64,000 nt of DNA from Bacteroidia bacterium (GTDB taxonomy: Bacteria; Bacteroidota; Bacteroidia; UBA8524). A program made the position numbers and the translations under genes. The stretch is taken from contig JBBKVO010000040.1 in NCBI GenBank assembly GCA_037968475.1, forward strand, positions 3,126 through 67,125, read 5' to 3'. The notes under the pieces are model-generated. The model saw only the letters and a program-made list of their open reading frames with translations. It was not told where the DNA came from and ran no database searches. Below are positions 9,854 to 18,541 of the stretch, piece after piece (position 1 is the stretch's first letter; every line of letters starts with the position of its first letter).

Positions 9854-10744
9854 TTAACCTGTAATAATATTTAACGGCACAGGGTGTTTTTTAATTTCAA
9901 AGCTATTGCCATAAAACAACTCTCCATCAATATGTCCCGCTACTATTTGCGGGGTTTTTATGGTTATTTTATCGGCAGTAAAATAGTTCACCATTGGTAA
10001 ATGCAAATGGCGACCGTGTTCAACCTTTTTTAGATATAGAGGTCGTTTTAATACGGGCACAGCACTAATTGCGCAAACATCCAACAGCCCATCGTTTATT
10101 TGGGCTTTGGGGGTAATTTTAAACCCTCCACCAAAGGTGGTGCTGTTGCCTATGGTTATCATAAAGCCGTCAAAAGTGGTTTTTGTGCCGTTAGCTTCAA
10201 GCACAAACTCTTTTTCGCGATAGCGCAACAGTTGGCCTATCACATGGTAGTAGTAGCCTAAAAAGCCCTTTAAAAGAGTTTTGCGTTTTATCATGCTTTC
10301 TACCACTTGCCCATCAAAGCCAATGCCTAGGCCGTGAATAAACAATAGATTGTTGCATTGCCATACATCGCACGCGGTTAGTGTGCCGCTAAGGGCTGCT
10401 TGCAAGGCATTATTTAGCGAGGGTTTAGCGAGGTAGTTTTTTATAAAATCGTTACCGCTGCCTGTAGGCAAAACGGCTACGGGCAAGTGCCACATACCAT
10501 CAGGTAACGAGTTAAGTAAAAGATATAGTGTTCCATCGCCGCCGCTTACCCAAATTTCGGTGGGGTTAAACTCATCAAAGGCTTTTTGTAGTGCAATGCG
10601 ATTATCATCAGCATTTACAAGGGTTTCTATCACATAGCTTTGTATTTTTTCTATATGCAGCAATACGTTTATTTTGGCTAAACCTACGCGGCTTTTCCCT
10701 TTATTGGCAAAGGTATTGTGAAATATAAGTATGCGGCGAGCCAA
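9854..10744 (-). CDS. Diacylglycerol/lipid kinase family protein (YegS/DAGK-like)
   Basis: GGDGT, LPTGSGNDF, GIGFDG, FGGGF, DGLLDV, HIDGE. Confidence 0.9.
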   Translation of the reverse strand: MARRILIFHNTFANKGKSRVGLAKINVLLHIEKIQSYVIETLVNADDNRIALQKAFDEFNPTEIWVSGGDGTLYLLLNSLPDGMWHLPVAVLPTGSGNDFIKNYLAKPSLNNALQAALSGTLTACDVWQCNNLLFIHGLGIGFDGQVVESMIKRKTLLKGFLGYYYHVIGQLLRYREKEFVLEANGTKTTFDGFMITIGNSTTFGGGFKITPKAQINDGLLDVCAISAVPVLKRPLYLKKVEHGRHLHLPMVNYFTADKITIKTPQIVAGHIDGELFYGNSFEIKKHPVPLNIITG

Positions 10745-10747
10745 AGG

Positions 10748-11245
10748 TTAATTGTTTTTTTGCTTTAATTTTTCTGAAATCAAATCGAAAACATCTTGCC
10801 TAAAAGGAATATTAGTAGTTTGGTTGTTTTTATAGATAAAATCATAATCTACTTTTTGAGGGATTATTTTACTTACATATATTTTTGGAAGCCCTTTTTT
10901 ACTTCCGTGTATATCTTCAATTTCAGTTACTACACCAAACTGGTTTATAGCAAGCCCTGCCGTTTTTATTTCATCCCAACTAAAATGTTTCTCTTTATGA
11001 AATAATCCGTATGTTTTTATGCCTAAATCGGAAATTTCGACAACATTTAATGATAGGTAAATAAACACTAAAACATAGCCAAGTGTGAAGAGGCCAAAAT
11101 TGATATAGTTTTTCACCTGTATGGCATCAAAAAAATATTGGTATACAGTAATCAGAGCAAAGAAAATTACTAAAGCAATGATAAGTTTACCTAGTCTGTT
11201 TTTCCATTGTAATCCAAAGTGTGTATACACCTTCTTTTCCATCAC
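10748..11245 (-). CDS. Hypothetical two-TM membrane protein (PH-like soluble C-domain possible)
   Basis: Two hydrophobic segments followed by ISDLGIK...FSWDEIK. AT-rich, and overlaps the rnhB stop by 4 bp. Confidence 0.7.
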   Translation of the reverse strand: MMEKKVYTHFGLQWKNRLGKLIIALVIFFALITVYQYFFDAIQVKNYINFGLFTLGYVLVFIYLSLNVVEISDLGIKTYGLFHKEKHFSWDEIKTAGLAINQFGVVTEIEDIHGSKKGLPKIYVSKIIPQKVDYDFIYKNNQTTNIPFRQDVFDLISEKLKQKNN

Positions 11246-11844
11246 TTAAAAATATTTAATTGAGTTTCTTTTAGTTTAAAACTTTTGCGGTGATAGGGCG
11301 TTGCGCCTTCGCCAATCAATAACTCGCGGTGGGCTTTAGTGCCATACCCTTTGTTTTGCTGCCAGTTAAATTGAGGATATTCGGTAGCAATTTTTTTCAT
11401 GTACTCATCGCGGTGGGTTTTTGCCAGTATTGATGCCGCCGCAATATTCATGTATGTACCGTCGCCTTTTATTACCGTTTGGTGCGGTATGGTTTTATAG
11501 GGTTTAAACCTATTGCCATCTACCGCTATGTATTCGGCTTGGGGTTGCAACTGTTCTAATGCCCTGTGCATTGCTTTTATCGAGGCATTTAAAATATTTA
11601 TGGTGTCAATCTCTTCAACAGTGCAAATGCCCACTGCCCATGCAATGGCTTCTTTTTCAATAATTATACGCAGTTGGTCGCGGTGGGTTTCGCTCAGTTG
11701 TTTAGAGTCGTTTAGTAATGCGTTTTTAAATTTTGGAGGCAAAATAACTGCGGCAGCGTATACATCGCCCACCAAGCATCCCCTCCCTGCTTCGTCGCAG
11801 CCAGCCTCTAATAGTTTTTTTTGTATGCTGAGTTTAAGAGCCAT
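11242..11844 (-). CDS. rnhB: Ribonuclease HII
   Basis: GCDEAGRG, NDSKQL, VDGN, KGD, IAAASILAK, KGYGT, HRKSF. Confidence 0.97.
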   Translation of the reverse strand: MALKLSIQKKLLEAGCDEAGRGCLVGDVYAAAVILPPKFKNALLNDSKQLSETHRDQLRIIIEKEAIAWAVGICTVEEIDTINILNASIKAMHRALEQLQPQAEYIAVDGNRFKPYKTIPHQTVIKGDGTYMNIAAASILAKTHRDEYMKKIATEYPQFNWQQNKGYGTKAHRELLIGEGATPYHRKSFKLKETQLNIFK

Positions 11845-12964
11845 GCACCGTTTTTTCTATACTATCCCACAGCAAATTAGCAGTTTTTTGCCAAGTAAAC
11901 ACATCGCTGCGCTCAATAGCCTTTTGTGTGAGGGTTTGCCGTAATACATCGTCATTAGCCAGTGTTTGCATGGCGTTGGTAATGCTTTCTATTGAAGTAG
12001 GATTAACCAAAAGTCCCGCATCGCCCAATACTTCGGGCATTGATGATACGTTGGAGGTGATAACAGGTGTATGGCACTTAAAGGCTTCTATAATGGGCAA
12101 TCCAAATCCCTCGAAAAAGGGGACGTATACTAAACCGAGAGCGGCGGCTATGGTTGCCGAAAGGTCTTCATCACTCAATCGGCCGGTAAATACCACGTCG
12201 GCTTTATGTTGCATGGCCTCAAAAGTGCTGTCCATATCATCGGTTTGCCATGCTTTACGGCCTACTATTACCAGTTTTGTGCCTTTTGTATCTCTTTGCT
12301 TAAAGCTATCAAAGGCTTTTAGCAAATTCACTATGTTTTTGCGGGGCTGCAATGCGCCTACAAATACAAAATAGGAAGCTCCATTGGTTATTTTTTGACG
12401 TATAGCTTTTTTTTCATCCTCGCTAACAGAAGTAAATGCACAGCTAACTCCGTTGTACACTACATCAATTTTATCAGGAGCAATAGTGTATTGCTGCACT
12501 ATATCTTGTTTTGAAAACTCTGAAACGGTGGCTATGCGTGCCGCTTTGTGCGCGAATTTGGGGAAATAATGGGTGTAGTATTTACGAACTAACCCGCCAA
12601 TATCATCAGGACGGTGTATAAAGGCCAAATCGTGCATAACAGGCAGTTGGGGCACATTGGTGCGCAGGCTTAAATACCCATCGGGCGAAAGAAATATATC
12701 GGGGTTGTATTTTTTTAACACTTGGGGTATGCTCCACTCAAACCACAAATACCACAAAATAGGGTGTCGCGATTGTGGCGGAATAACCACAGGGGTGATG
12801 TTGTTGCTAAAAATAAAACTATCGTCGTAGGCACGGTCAAAAACAAAAATAAACTCGTGTTCGGGGTGGTTTTGTGTAAGTAGTTTGCAGGTTTCATAAG
12901 TAAACCTGCCTATCCCTTCCAGCTTATCTTTTAGTAAAAAACGTGTATTAACTACTATGCGCAC
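11834..12964 (-). CDS. Glycosyltransferase family 4 (GT-B)
   Basis: HDLAF, TVSEFSK, VGALQPRKN, EGFGLPIIEA. Confidence 0.92.
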   Translation of the reverse strand: MRIVVNTRFLLKDKLEGIGRFTYETCKLLTQNHPEHEFIFVFDRAYDDSFIFSNNITPVVIPPQSRHPILWYLWFEWSIPQVLKKYNPDIFLSPDGYLSLRTNVPQLPVMHDLAFIHRPDDIGGLVRKYYTHYFPKFAHKAARIATVSEFSKQDIVQQYTIAPDKIDVVYNGVSCAFTSVSEDEKKAIRQKITNGASYFVFVGALQPRKNIVNLLKAFDSFKQRDTKGTKLVIVGRKAWQTDDMDSTFEAMQHKADVVFTGRLSDEDLSATIAAALGLVYVPFFEGFGLPIIEAFKCHTPVITSNVSSMPEVLGDAGLLVNPTSIESITNAMQTLANDDVLRQTLTQKAIERSDVFTWQKTANLLWDSIEKTVHGS

Positions 12965-12979
12965 GGCTTGTGTTTAGGG

Positions 12980-12987
12980 CAAATGTA
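12980..12987 (-). promoter_or_regulatory. Bacteroidota -7 promoter box (TACATTTG) for the GT4-rnhB operon
   Basis: Matches TAnnTTTG 15 bp upstream of the start. Confidence 0.6.
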
Positions 12988-13046
12988 GCAAACCTATACG
13001 GTATTGCACCACTCTTGATTGGTCGTTTTTTACTTTTTGATTGGTC

Positions 13047-13093
13047 AAGCGGACGCTTTTTTATTTTTGGCACGAGCGGACGCTCGAGCCAGC
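13047..13093 (+). repeat. 47-bp REP-like double-hairpin repeat, copy 1 of 5
   Basis: AAGCGGACGCTTTTTTATTTTTGGCACGAGCGGACGCTCGAGCCAGC. Confidence 0.9.
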
Positions 13094-13102
13094 TTTGGAT
13101 GG

Positions 13103-13648
13103 TTATTCGCTGTCGCTATTTTTGGGTATGTTTTGCTTTTTGTGCAAAAGCAATATTCTGGCAGTAATTCGGCTGGCATTAGTGATGGTTAGAACAAAAA
13201 GTAATATTTGTGCTGATTGTGAAATAAAATATGTAGCATCTTTTCGTTGGTCAAGTAGGCTTAATAAACCCCCGCCATTATTTTCGCGAATACCCATAAT
13301 AAGCTCGGTTAAGAATTGGGGGACAGTTGTAACCAAGCCAAACAATGAAGCTATTACTATGGAAAAAAATACCCCATTTTTTCTATTAATGGTAATATTA
13401 ATCTCTTGCTCATCTTCTTTTTCTTTATAAATCTTGTCAATGATAACTTCAGTCTTAAAAATCATATAATAGATAACCAAAATATACAAGATGACTGAAA
13501 TTACAAGCGGCCAAGGTATACTTGAGTTTGAATCAGTAACAAACATCGAGCTTATATATAGAGTTTGCGGAGTTGTAATAATTGCAGGAAGAATTATAAT
13601 AATTCCGGTAATCTTTAGAGCAATTACAAGTAGTGATTTGGTTTTCAT
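13103..13648 (-). CDS. Hypothetical four-TM membrane protein
   Basis: 181-aa AT-rich ORF with about 4 hydrophobic segments, co-oriented with its neighbours. Confidence 0.7.
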   Translation of the reverse strand: MKTKSLLVIALKITGIIIILPAIITTPQTLYISSMFVTDSNSSIPWPLVISVILYILVIYYMIFKTEVIIDKIYKEKEDEQEINITINRKNGVFFSIVIASLFGLVTTVPQFLTELIMGIRENNGGGLLSLLDQRKDATYFISQSAQILLFVLTITNASRITARILLLHKKQNIPKNSDSE

Positions 13649-13715
13649 AGGCGTATATAAACTTTAAAAATAAAGAATAGATTTTAAAGCCTGTAAGAAA
13701 TTCGATAGAGAGAAA

Positions 13716-14090
13716 CTAAACTAAGTAGGGCACAAACACTAAAAGACCAATAACAAGGGCGCAAATTGAGGCTAAAAGCACCGCACCTGCGGCTACATCT
13801 TTTATCCAACCTGCATTGGTATTTTTTTGTGGAGATACCATATCAACCAATTTTTCTATGGCTGTGTTTAAGGCTTCGGCGGTTATTACTAGACCTATGG
13901 CTAGTACTACAAAAAGCCACTCGGTAATAGTGATGTTTAGGATAAAACCCAGTGAAACTACTAAAATGGCTGCAAGTGTATGAAAACGAAAGTTACGCTC
14001 GGCTAGAAACACCTTTTTTATGCCTGAAAAGGCATAACCAAATGAGCGAATGTATTTACTAGCTAATGAGTTTGGGTCGCGCTTAAACAT
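13716..14090 (-). CDS. dgkA: Diacylglycerol/undecaprenol kinase
   Basis: SFGYAFSGI, ERNFRFH, EALNTAIEKLVD, KDVAAGAVL. Confidence 0.92.
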   Translation of the reverse strand: MFKRDPNSLASKYIRSFGYAFSGIKKVFLAERNFRFHTLAAILVVSLGFILNITITEWLFVVLAIGLVITAEALNTAIEKLVDMVSPQKNTNAGWIKDVAAGAVLLASICALVIGLLVFVPYLV

Positions 14091-14571
14091 TTTCTTTCAA
14101 TGCAAGCATTTGCAGTGCGGTAACGGCGGCTTCAATACCTTTGTTGCCGTGTTTTCCTCCTGCGCGGTCTAGTGCCTGCTCTTGGTTTTCAGTGGTTAGT
14201 ACTCCAAATATAACAGGTTTGTTATACTTAAGTCCCACATTCATAATACCATTAGCGGCTGCATCGCAAATAAAATCAAAATGGCGGGTTTCGCCTTGTA
14301 TCACACAGCCTAGTGTGATAACAGCATCAATTCCGTCGGCTTGGGCGGTATATTGCGCGCCCAAAGCCAGCTCGAAAGTGCCGGGTACATAGTGGGTGCT
14401 AATGTTTTTTTCGGGCATGCCTGCTTGTTGCAGGGCTTCTACCGCACCACTATATAAAGCGCCCGTAACCTCTTCGTTCCACCTAGAAACTACTATGGCT
14501 ATATTAAATGCGCTAGCATTGGGCAATTGCACATTGCCAAAACTCGAAAGATTTTTATGGCCGGTTGCCAT
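14083..14571 (-). CDS. ribH: 6,7-dimethyl-8-ribityllumazine synthase
   Basis: VPGTFEL, GCVIQGETRHFDFI, PVIFGVLT, GNKG. Confidence 0.97.
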   Translation of the reverse strand: MATGHKNLSSFGNVQLPNASAFNIAIVVSRWNEEVTGALYSGAVEALQQAGMPEKNISTHYVPGTFELALGAQYTAQADGIDAVITLGCVIQGETRHFDFICDAAANGIMNVGLKYNKPVIFGVLTTENQEQALDRAGGKHGNKGIEAAVTALQMLALKENV

Positions 14572-14585
14572 AGGTTATGTGGTTT

Positions 14586-15287
14586 TTAGTTATCGAAACT
14601 GCTAGCACCAGCTTTGGCATTGGCACGAGCTATATATTTTTCTATATCGCGAGCTTGGTCGCTTTCAGAAAACTCTTTTTTAATACGTTGGTAGTTTTTT
14701 GCTGCCTGCTCGTTTTTGCCTAAGTTTTCTTGCACTAAGCCTAATTTTTTAAGGTATAGCGGAGCTGTAAGCGGGTTTTTAGAGTAGTTAGCAGCATCTT
14801 TAAAATAGCCTTCGGCTTTATCTACATCGCCAAGTTCTACATTGCAATCGCCTATCATGCCTATAGCGTGTGCACGTACCAACTCATCGCTTAGCTTAAA
14901 TTTCTCAAGGTATTCTATAGCAGTGCTATAATCACCTATGCTCATATAAGCACGACCGGCTATATATGCCGCTTTTTGTGCTGATGGTGTACCGCTATAT
15001 TCATTTACAAAATCAACAGCATTAATAAAATCAGGATCAGCAGGGTCGCCATTCAAAATCTTGTTAAAAGAATCTAACTCAAAATAGTATTCTATTTTAA
15101 ACAAGCTTTTTTGAGCTTCTTTTTCTTTTTCGCTATTTGCATAGCTCATGTATATAAAGCCAAGAACAGCCACCAATACAATAGCACCGCCTATTTGTAT
15201 TACCTTTTTGTTTTTGTTATAAAACGCTTCGGTTTTACTTAGGCTACCGCCTAGTTGTTCGTCAAGGGTCTCTTTTATTTCGCTCAT
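14586..15287 (-). CDS. Membrane-anchored tetratricopeptide repeat protein (YfgM-like)
   Basis: N-terminal TM followed by TPR-like helices, located upstream of ribH. Confidence 0.8.
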   Translation of the reverse strand: MSEIKETLDEQLGGSLSKTEAFYNKNKKVIQIGGAIVLVAVLGFIYMSYANSEKEKEAQKSLFKIEYYFELDSFNKILNGDPADPDFINAVDFVNEYSGTPSAQKAAYIAGRAYMSIGDYSTAIEYLEKFKLSDELVRAHAIGMIGDCNVELGDVDKAEGYFKDAANYSKNPLTAPLYLKKLGLVQENLGKNEQAAKNYQRIKKEFSESDQARDIEKYIARANAKAGASSFDN

Positions 15288-15318
15288 TTCAGTTAATAGT
15301 CGTTATAGGTAATAAGGC

Positions 15319-16323
15319 TTAATCCATTATAAAAGGATAGTCCGCTTCTGCGTAAACATCGTTGTAAATTTCGTCGGGGCTAGGTAGTGGCGAGTTTTCA
15401 GCAAACTCAACACTTTCAGCAACAGTCGCTTCAATTTTTTCTTCTATCTCATCCAATTGTTTTTCGGTAAGCCATTTATTTTTCAAAATGGTGTTTTTTA
15501 CCTTTTCAATAGGGTCTTGGTTTTTATATCCTTCTACCTCTTCTTTGGTACGGTATTTTGCAGGGTCGCTCATACTGTGTCCACGAAAGCGGTAGGTACG
15601 TATTTCAAGAAAAGTAGGGCCGTCGCCTTTTCGGGCACGTTTCACAGCTTCATCAATAGCATCGTGTACCGCTTCAACCGTCATACCATCAACAGCGGCA
15701 TTGGGCATATCAAATGCTAGGCCTATTTTGTGTATATCCAGTACGTTGGTAGTACGCTCTACTGATGTACCCATGGCGTAACCGTTGTTTTCGCAAACAA
15801 AAATTACGGGTAGTTTCCAAAGCATGGCCATATTAAAGGCTTCGTTTAGTGCGCCTTGGCGCACTGCACCATCGCCCATATAGCAAACACAAACATTGCC
15901 TGTGCCGTTATACTGCTCGGCAAAAGCAATACCTGCACCCAAAGGTATTTGACCGCCTACTATACCGTGGCCGCCAAAAAAGTTATGCTCTTTGCTAAAC
16001 ATGTGCATACTGCCGCCTTTGCCCTTGCTACAACCGTCAATTTTACCGAAAAGTTCGGCCATAACAGCGTTTGGGCTAATGCCGCAACCTAATGCGTGCG
16101 CGTGGTCGCGGTAAGCAGTAATTATTTTATCGTCTTTGGTAACAGCACTCATAGTACCTGCTACCACAGCTTCTTGTCCGATGTATAGATGGCAGAAACC
16201 TTTTATCTTTTGCTGCCCATATAATTGTGCCGATTTTTCTTCGAAACGGCGCATCAACAACATCTCTTCATACCATTTCTGGTAAGTTTCTTTGGTAAAC
16301 TTTTGTTGTGCTTTTTTAGCCAT
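15319..16323 (-). CDS. pdhA: Pyruvate dehydrogenase E1 alpha subunit
   Basis: GFCHLYIGQEA, GKGGSMH, GDGA...NN TPP motif, GHSMSDP. Start moved to MAKK. Confidence 0.97.
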   Translation of the reverse strand: MAKKAQQKFTKETYQKWYEEMLLMRRFEEKSAQLYGQQKIKGFCHLYIGQEAVVAGTMSAVTKDDKIITAYRDHAHALGCGISPNAVMAELFGKIDGCSKGKGGSMHMFSKEHNFFGGHGIVGGQIPLGAGIAFAEQYNGTGNVCVCYMGDGAVRQGALNEAFNMAMLWKLPVIFVCENNGYAMGTSVERTTNVLDIHKIGLAFDMPNAAVDGMTVEAVHDAIDEAVKRARKGDGPTFLEIRTYRFRGHSMSDPAKYRTKEEVEGYKNQDPIEKVKNTILKNKWLTEKQLDEIEEKIEATVAESVEFAENSPLPSPDEIYNDVYAEADYPFIMD

Positions 16324-16342
16324 TGTAATTTTTAAAGAATTG

Positions 16343-16350
16343 CAAAAATA
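16343..16350 (-). promoter_or_regulatory. -7 promoter box (TATTTTTG) for pdhA
   Basis: TAnnTTTG about 20 bp upstream of the ATG. Confidence 0.6.
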
Positions 16351-16577
16351 GACTTTTTTATACATTACAAAAAACCCCTTTGTGGGGTATAAAGTATAAT
16401 TTTTAATGTGCTGCTACTCTGCTTTTTAAAAAACAACAATAGGCTAAAAAAAATTTGCTTTGTAAATACTGTGTTTCTGCGCGTTACTGTTTGATTAACA
16501 AAATTTTACACGCTACGACTTGTTTTATTTTGTAGCTTTACAGTAGCTCTAGCTATCCTTAAAAAAACTATACTGAC

Positions 16578-17309
16578 ATGAAAAAAATTTTACTACTACT
16601 GTGTTTTGGTCTAATCTGCGGCACAAACTCTCTTTTAGCGCAAAAGAAAACCACTACCACAGCAACACCCCAACCTGAAAAGCAAACTCAAAAAAAACCA
16701 CCTCCTTACGTGTACAAGACTGACTATGACGTAAAAATGAAGGAAGTAGATGCTAAAGTAAACTCGGCTGTGGGCACTGCCCAAACGCTAAAACGCGAGC
16801 TAAGTGGGAAGCTGGATAAGGTAAACGAGCTGGATGCCAAAATGCAGGAAGTGGAGGAAATACTAAACTCGGCTAATTTTAAAATCGGTCTTACCAATGA
16901 TTCGTTAGCAAAAACCCGTTTTTCTATTGATGAGTTTAAGGCGGATACTGATAAAAAAACCGACACCTTGTTTGCCGAAGCGGAGATGCATAAAAACCTT
17001 ATATGGGGGGCGATGGCTCTTGCAGTTCTGTTATTTATCATTCTCTTTATAATGATGAACAGTCGTTTGCAGAAACTAAAAAAAGCCATGCACTTGCAAA
17101 CTGAACAACAAACGGACTTGCTTAACGAGCGATTAGAAGAACAAAGGAAAAACATAACAGATGAATTAACCCAGTTTAAAAATCGTATGCAAGATGATAC
17201 TTTACGAATGCGTACCGAAATACGTTCGGGAAATGATAAAACAACAGCCCAATTGGCTTCTATTATGGAGAAGCTGGATGCCTTAGATAATGCCGATAAA
17301 ACAGAATAG
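16578..17309 (+). CDS. Hypothetical protein: signal peptide, coiled coil, TM helix, coiled coil
   Basis: MKKILLLLCFG leader, heptad-like helices, TM LIWGAMALAVLLFIILFIMM. Confidence 0.75.
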   Translation: MKKILLLLCFGLICGTNSLLAQKKTTTTATPQPEKQTQKKPPPYVYKTDYDVKMKEVDAKVNSAVGTAQTLKRELSGKLDKVNELDAKMQEVEEILNSANFKIGLTNDSLAKTRFSIDEFKADTDKKTDTLFAEAEMHKNLIWGAMALAVLLFIILFIMMNSRLQKLKKAMHLQTEQQTDLLNERLEEQRKNITDELTQFKNRMQDDTLRMRTEIRSGNDKTTAQLASIMEKLDALDNADKTE

Positions 17310-17341
17310 ACAACAAATAGGGTTGAAAACCTATTCTGTCA

Positions 17342-17391
17342 AAAATTACAGCCCACAATGGGACTTAAGTCCCATTGTGGGCTGTAATTTT
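17342..17391. repeat. Perfect 50-bp palindrome
   Basis: AAAATTACAGCCCACAATGGGACTT followed directly by its exact reverse complement. Confidence 0.95.
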
Positions 17392-17477
17392 AAAAAGCGG
17401 TGGATTTTAATCCGCTGCAAATGATTGAAAACGTGAGTTTGGGAGAAGAAAATTATCAAGAACTCAATGAATACTGG

Positions 17478-17580
17478 GTGCGGCGGGAACGTCATTCTCT
17501 CAAAAGAGGGAATCCGCGCGTAGGGCAACACTTTTTTAGTCTCCCAACCACACAGATTCCCATTTAAAATGGGAATGACT
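17478..17580. repeat. GTCATT..GGAATC / GATTCC..GGAATGAC inverted REP pair (REPIN/MITE-like)
   Basis: Same architecture as 45423-45590 and 48961-49111. Confidence 0.7.
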
Positions 17581-17807
17581 ACTTTTTAGATTTAGCTTTT
17601 TTCCATCGGTTTGAAAACCGATGCTATTGATACCTATCGGCAATCCCGAAAGGGTATAAATAGTGGCAGGTTTTAACCTGTCGGAGAAGAAGAAGCAAAG
17701 TGTATTTCTGTTTAATTCACCCAAAAACAAAAGAATCCGATGTATATCACGTCGCTTCTCTATTACAAAGAGAGAGATGAAAAAACAATCAATTACACCA
17801 CATTGCC

Positions 17808-17854
17808 GAGCGGACGCTCTATTATTTTTGGCACGAGCGGACGCACGCGCCAGC
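17808..17854 (+). repeat. 47-bp REP-like repeat, copy 2 of 5
   Basis: GAGCGGACGCTCTATTATTTTTGGCACGAGCGGACGCACGCGCCAGC. Confidence 0.9.
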
Positions 17855-17890
17855 TTAGATACGTTAAAACAGTATTGAATTACCTGTTAT

Positions 17891-18529
17891 CTACTCAAAA
17901 GTGTCATCATAACGATAAATGGGGTCTATTGTATCGCCTGGTTTAATGTTTACAAGACTACGAAGCAAACCATCTTCGAGGTGATATACCCAACCGTGCA
18001 GTTCGGGGCCATTATTATTTTTCCATGATTTTTGTATGATGGATGTTTTTGATAGGTTGTGTACCTGTTCCATCACATTTACCTCTACCAGCTTGTTCAC
18101 CTTTTGGCTTTCATCACTTATAGCATCAATCTCATCACGATGAAAACGGTAAACATCTTTAATGTTTCGTATCCATTTGTTTATTAACCCATGATGTTTG
18201 TTTGATAGCGCAGCTTTTACACCTCCACAACCGTAATGGCCGCATACTATTACGTGTTTCACGCCCAATTCTTCTACTGCATACTGCAAACCGCTAAGCA
18301 AATTCATATCGGTATTCACCACCATATTGGCTATATTACGATGAACGAATATTTGACCCGAGCGGGTATTGGTTATCTCGTTGGCAGGCACACGACTATC
18401 TGAGCAGCCTATCCAAAAAAACTCAGGAGATTGGCCTTCACTTAAGCTATTAAAAAAACTTGGGTCGTCTTCTGTTTTTTCTTTAGCCCAAGCCTTATTT
18501 TGAAGAAAAACTTTTTCAATTATATTCAT
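17891..18529 (-). CDS. can: Beta-carbonic anhydrase
   Basis: GCSDSRVP, FVHRNIAN, CGHYGCGG zinc ligands. Confidence 0.95.
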   Translation of the reverse strand: MNIIEKVFLQNKAWAKEKTEDDPSFFNSLSEGQSPEFFWIGCSDSRVPANEITNTRSGQIFVHRNIANMVVNTDMNLLSGLQYAVEELGVKHVIVCGHYGCGGVKAALSNKHHGLINKWIRNIKDVYRFHRDEIDAISDESQKVNKLVEVNVMEQVHNLSKTSIIQKSWKNNNGPELHGWVYHLEDGLLRSLVNIKPGDTIDPIYRYDDTFE

Positions 18530-18541
18530 ACGGGTTGTTTT

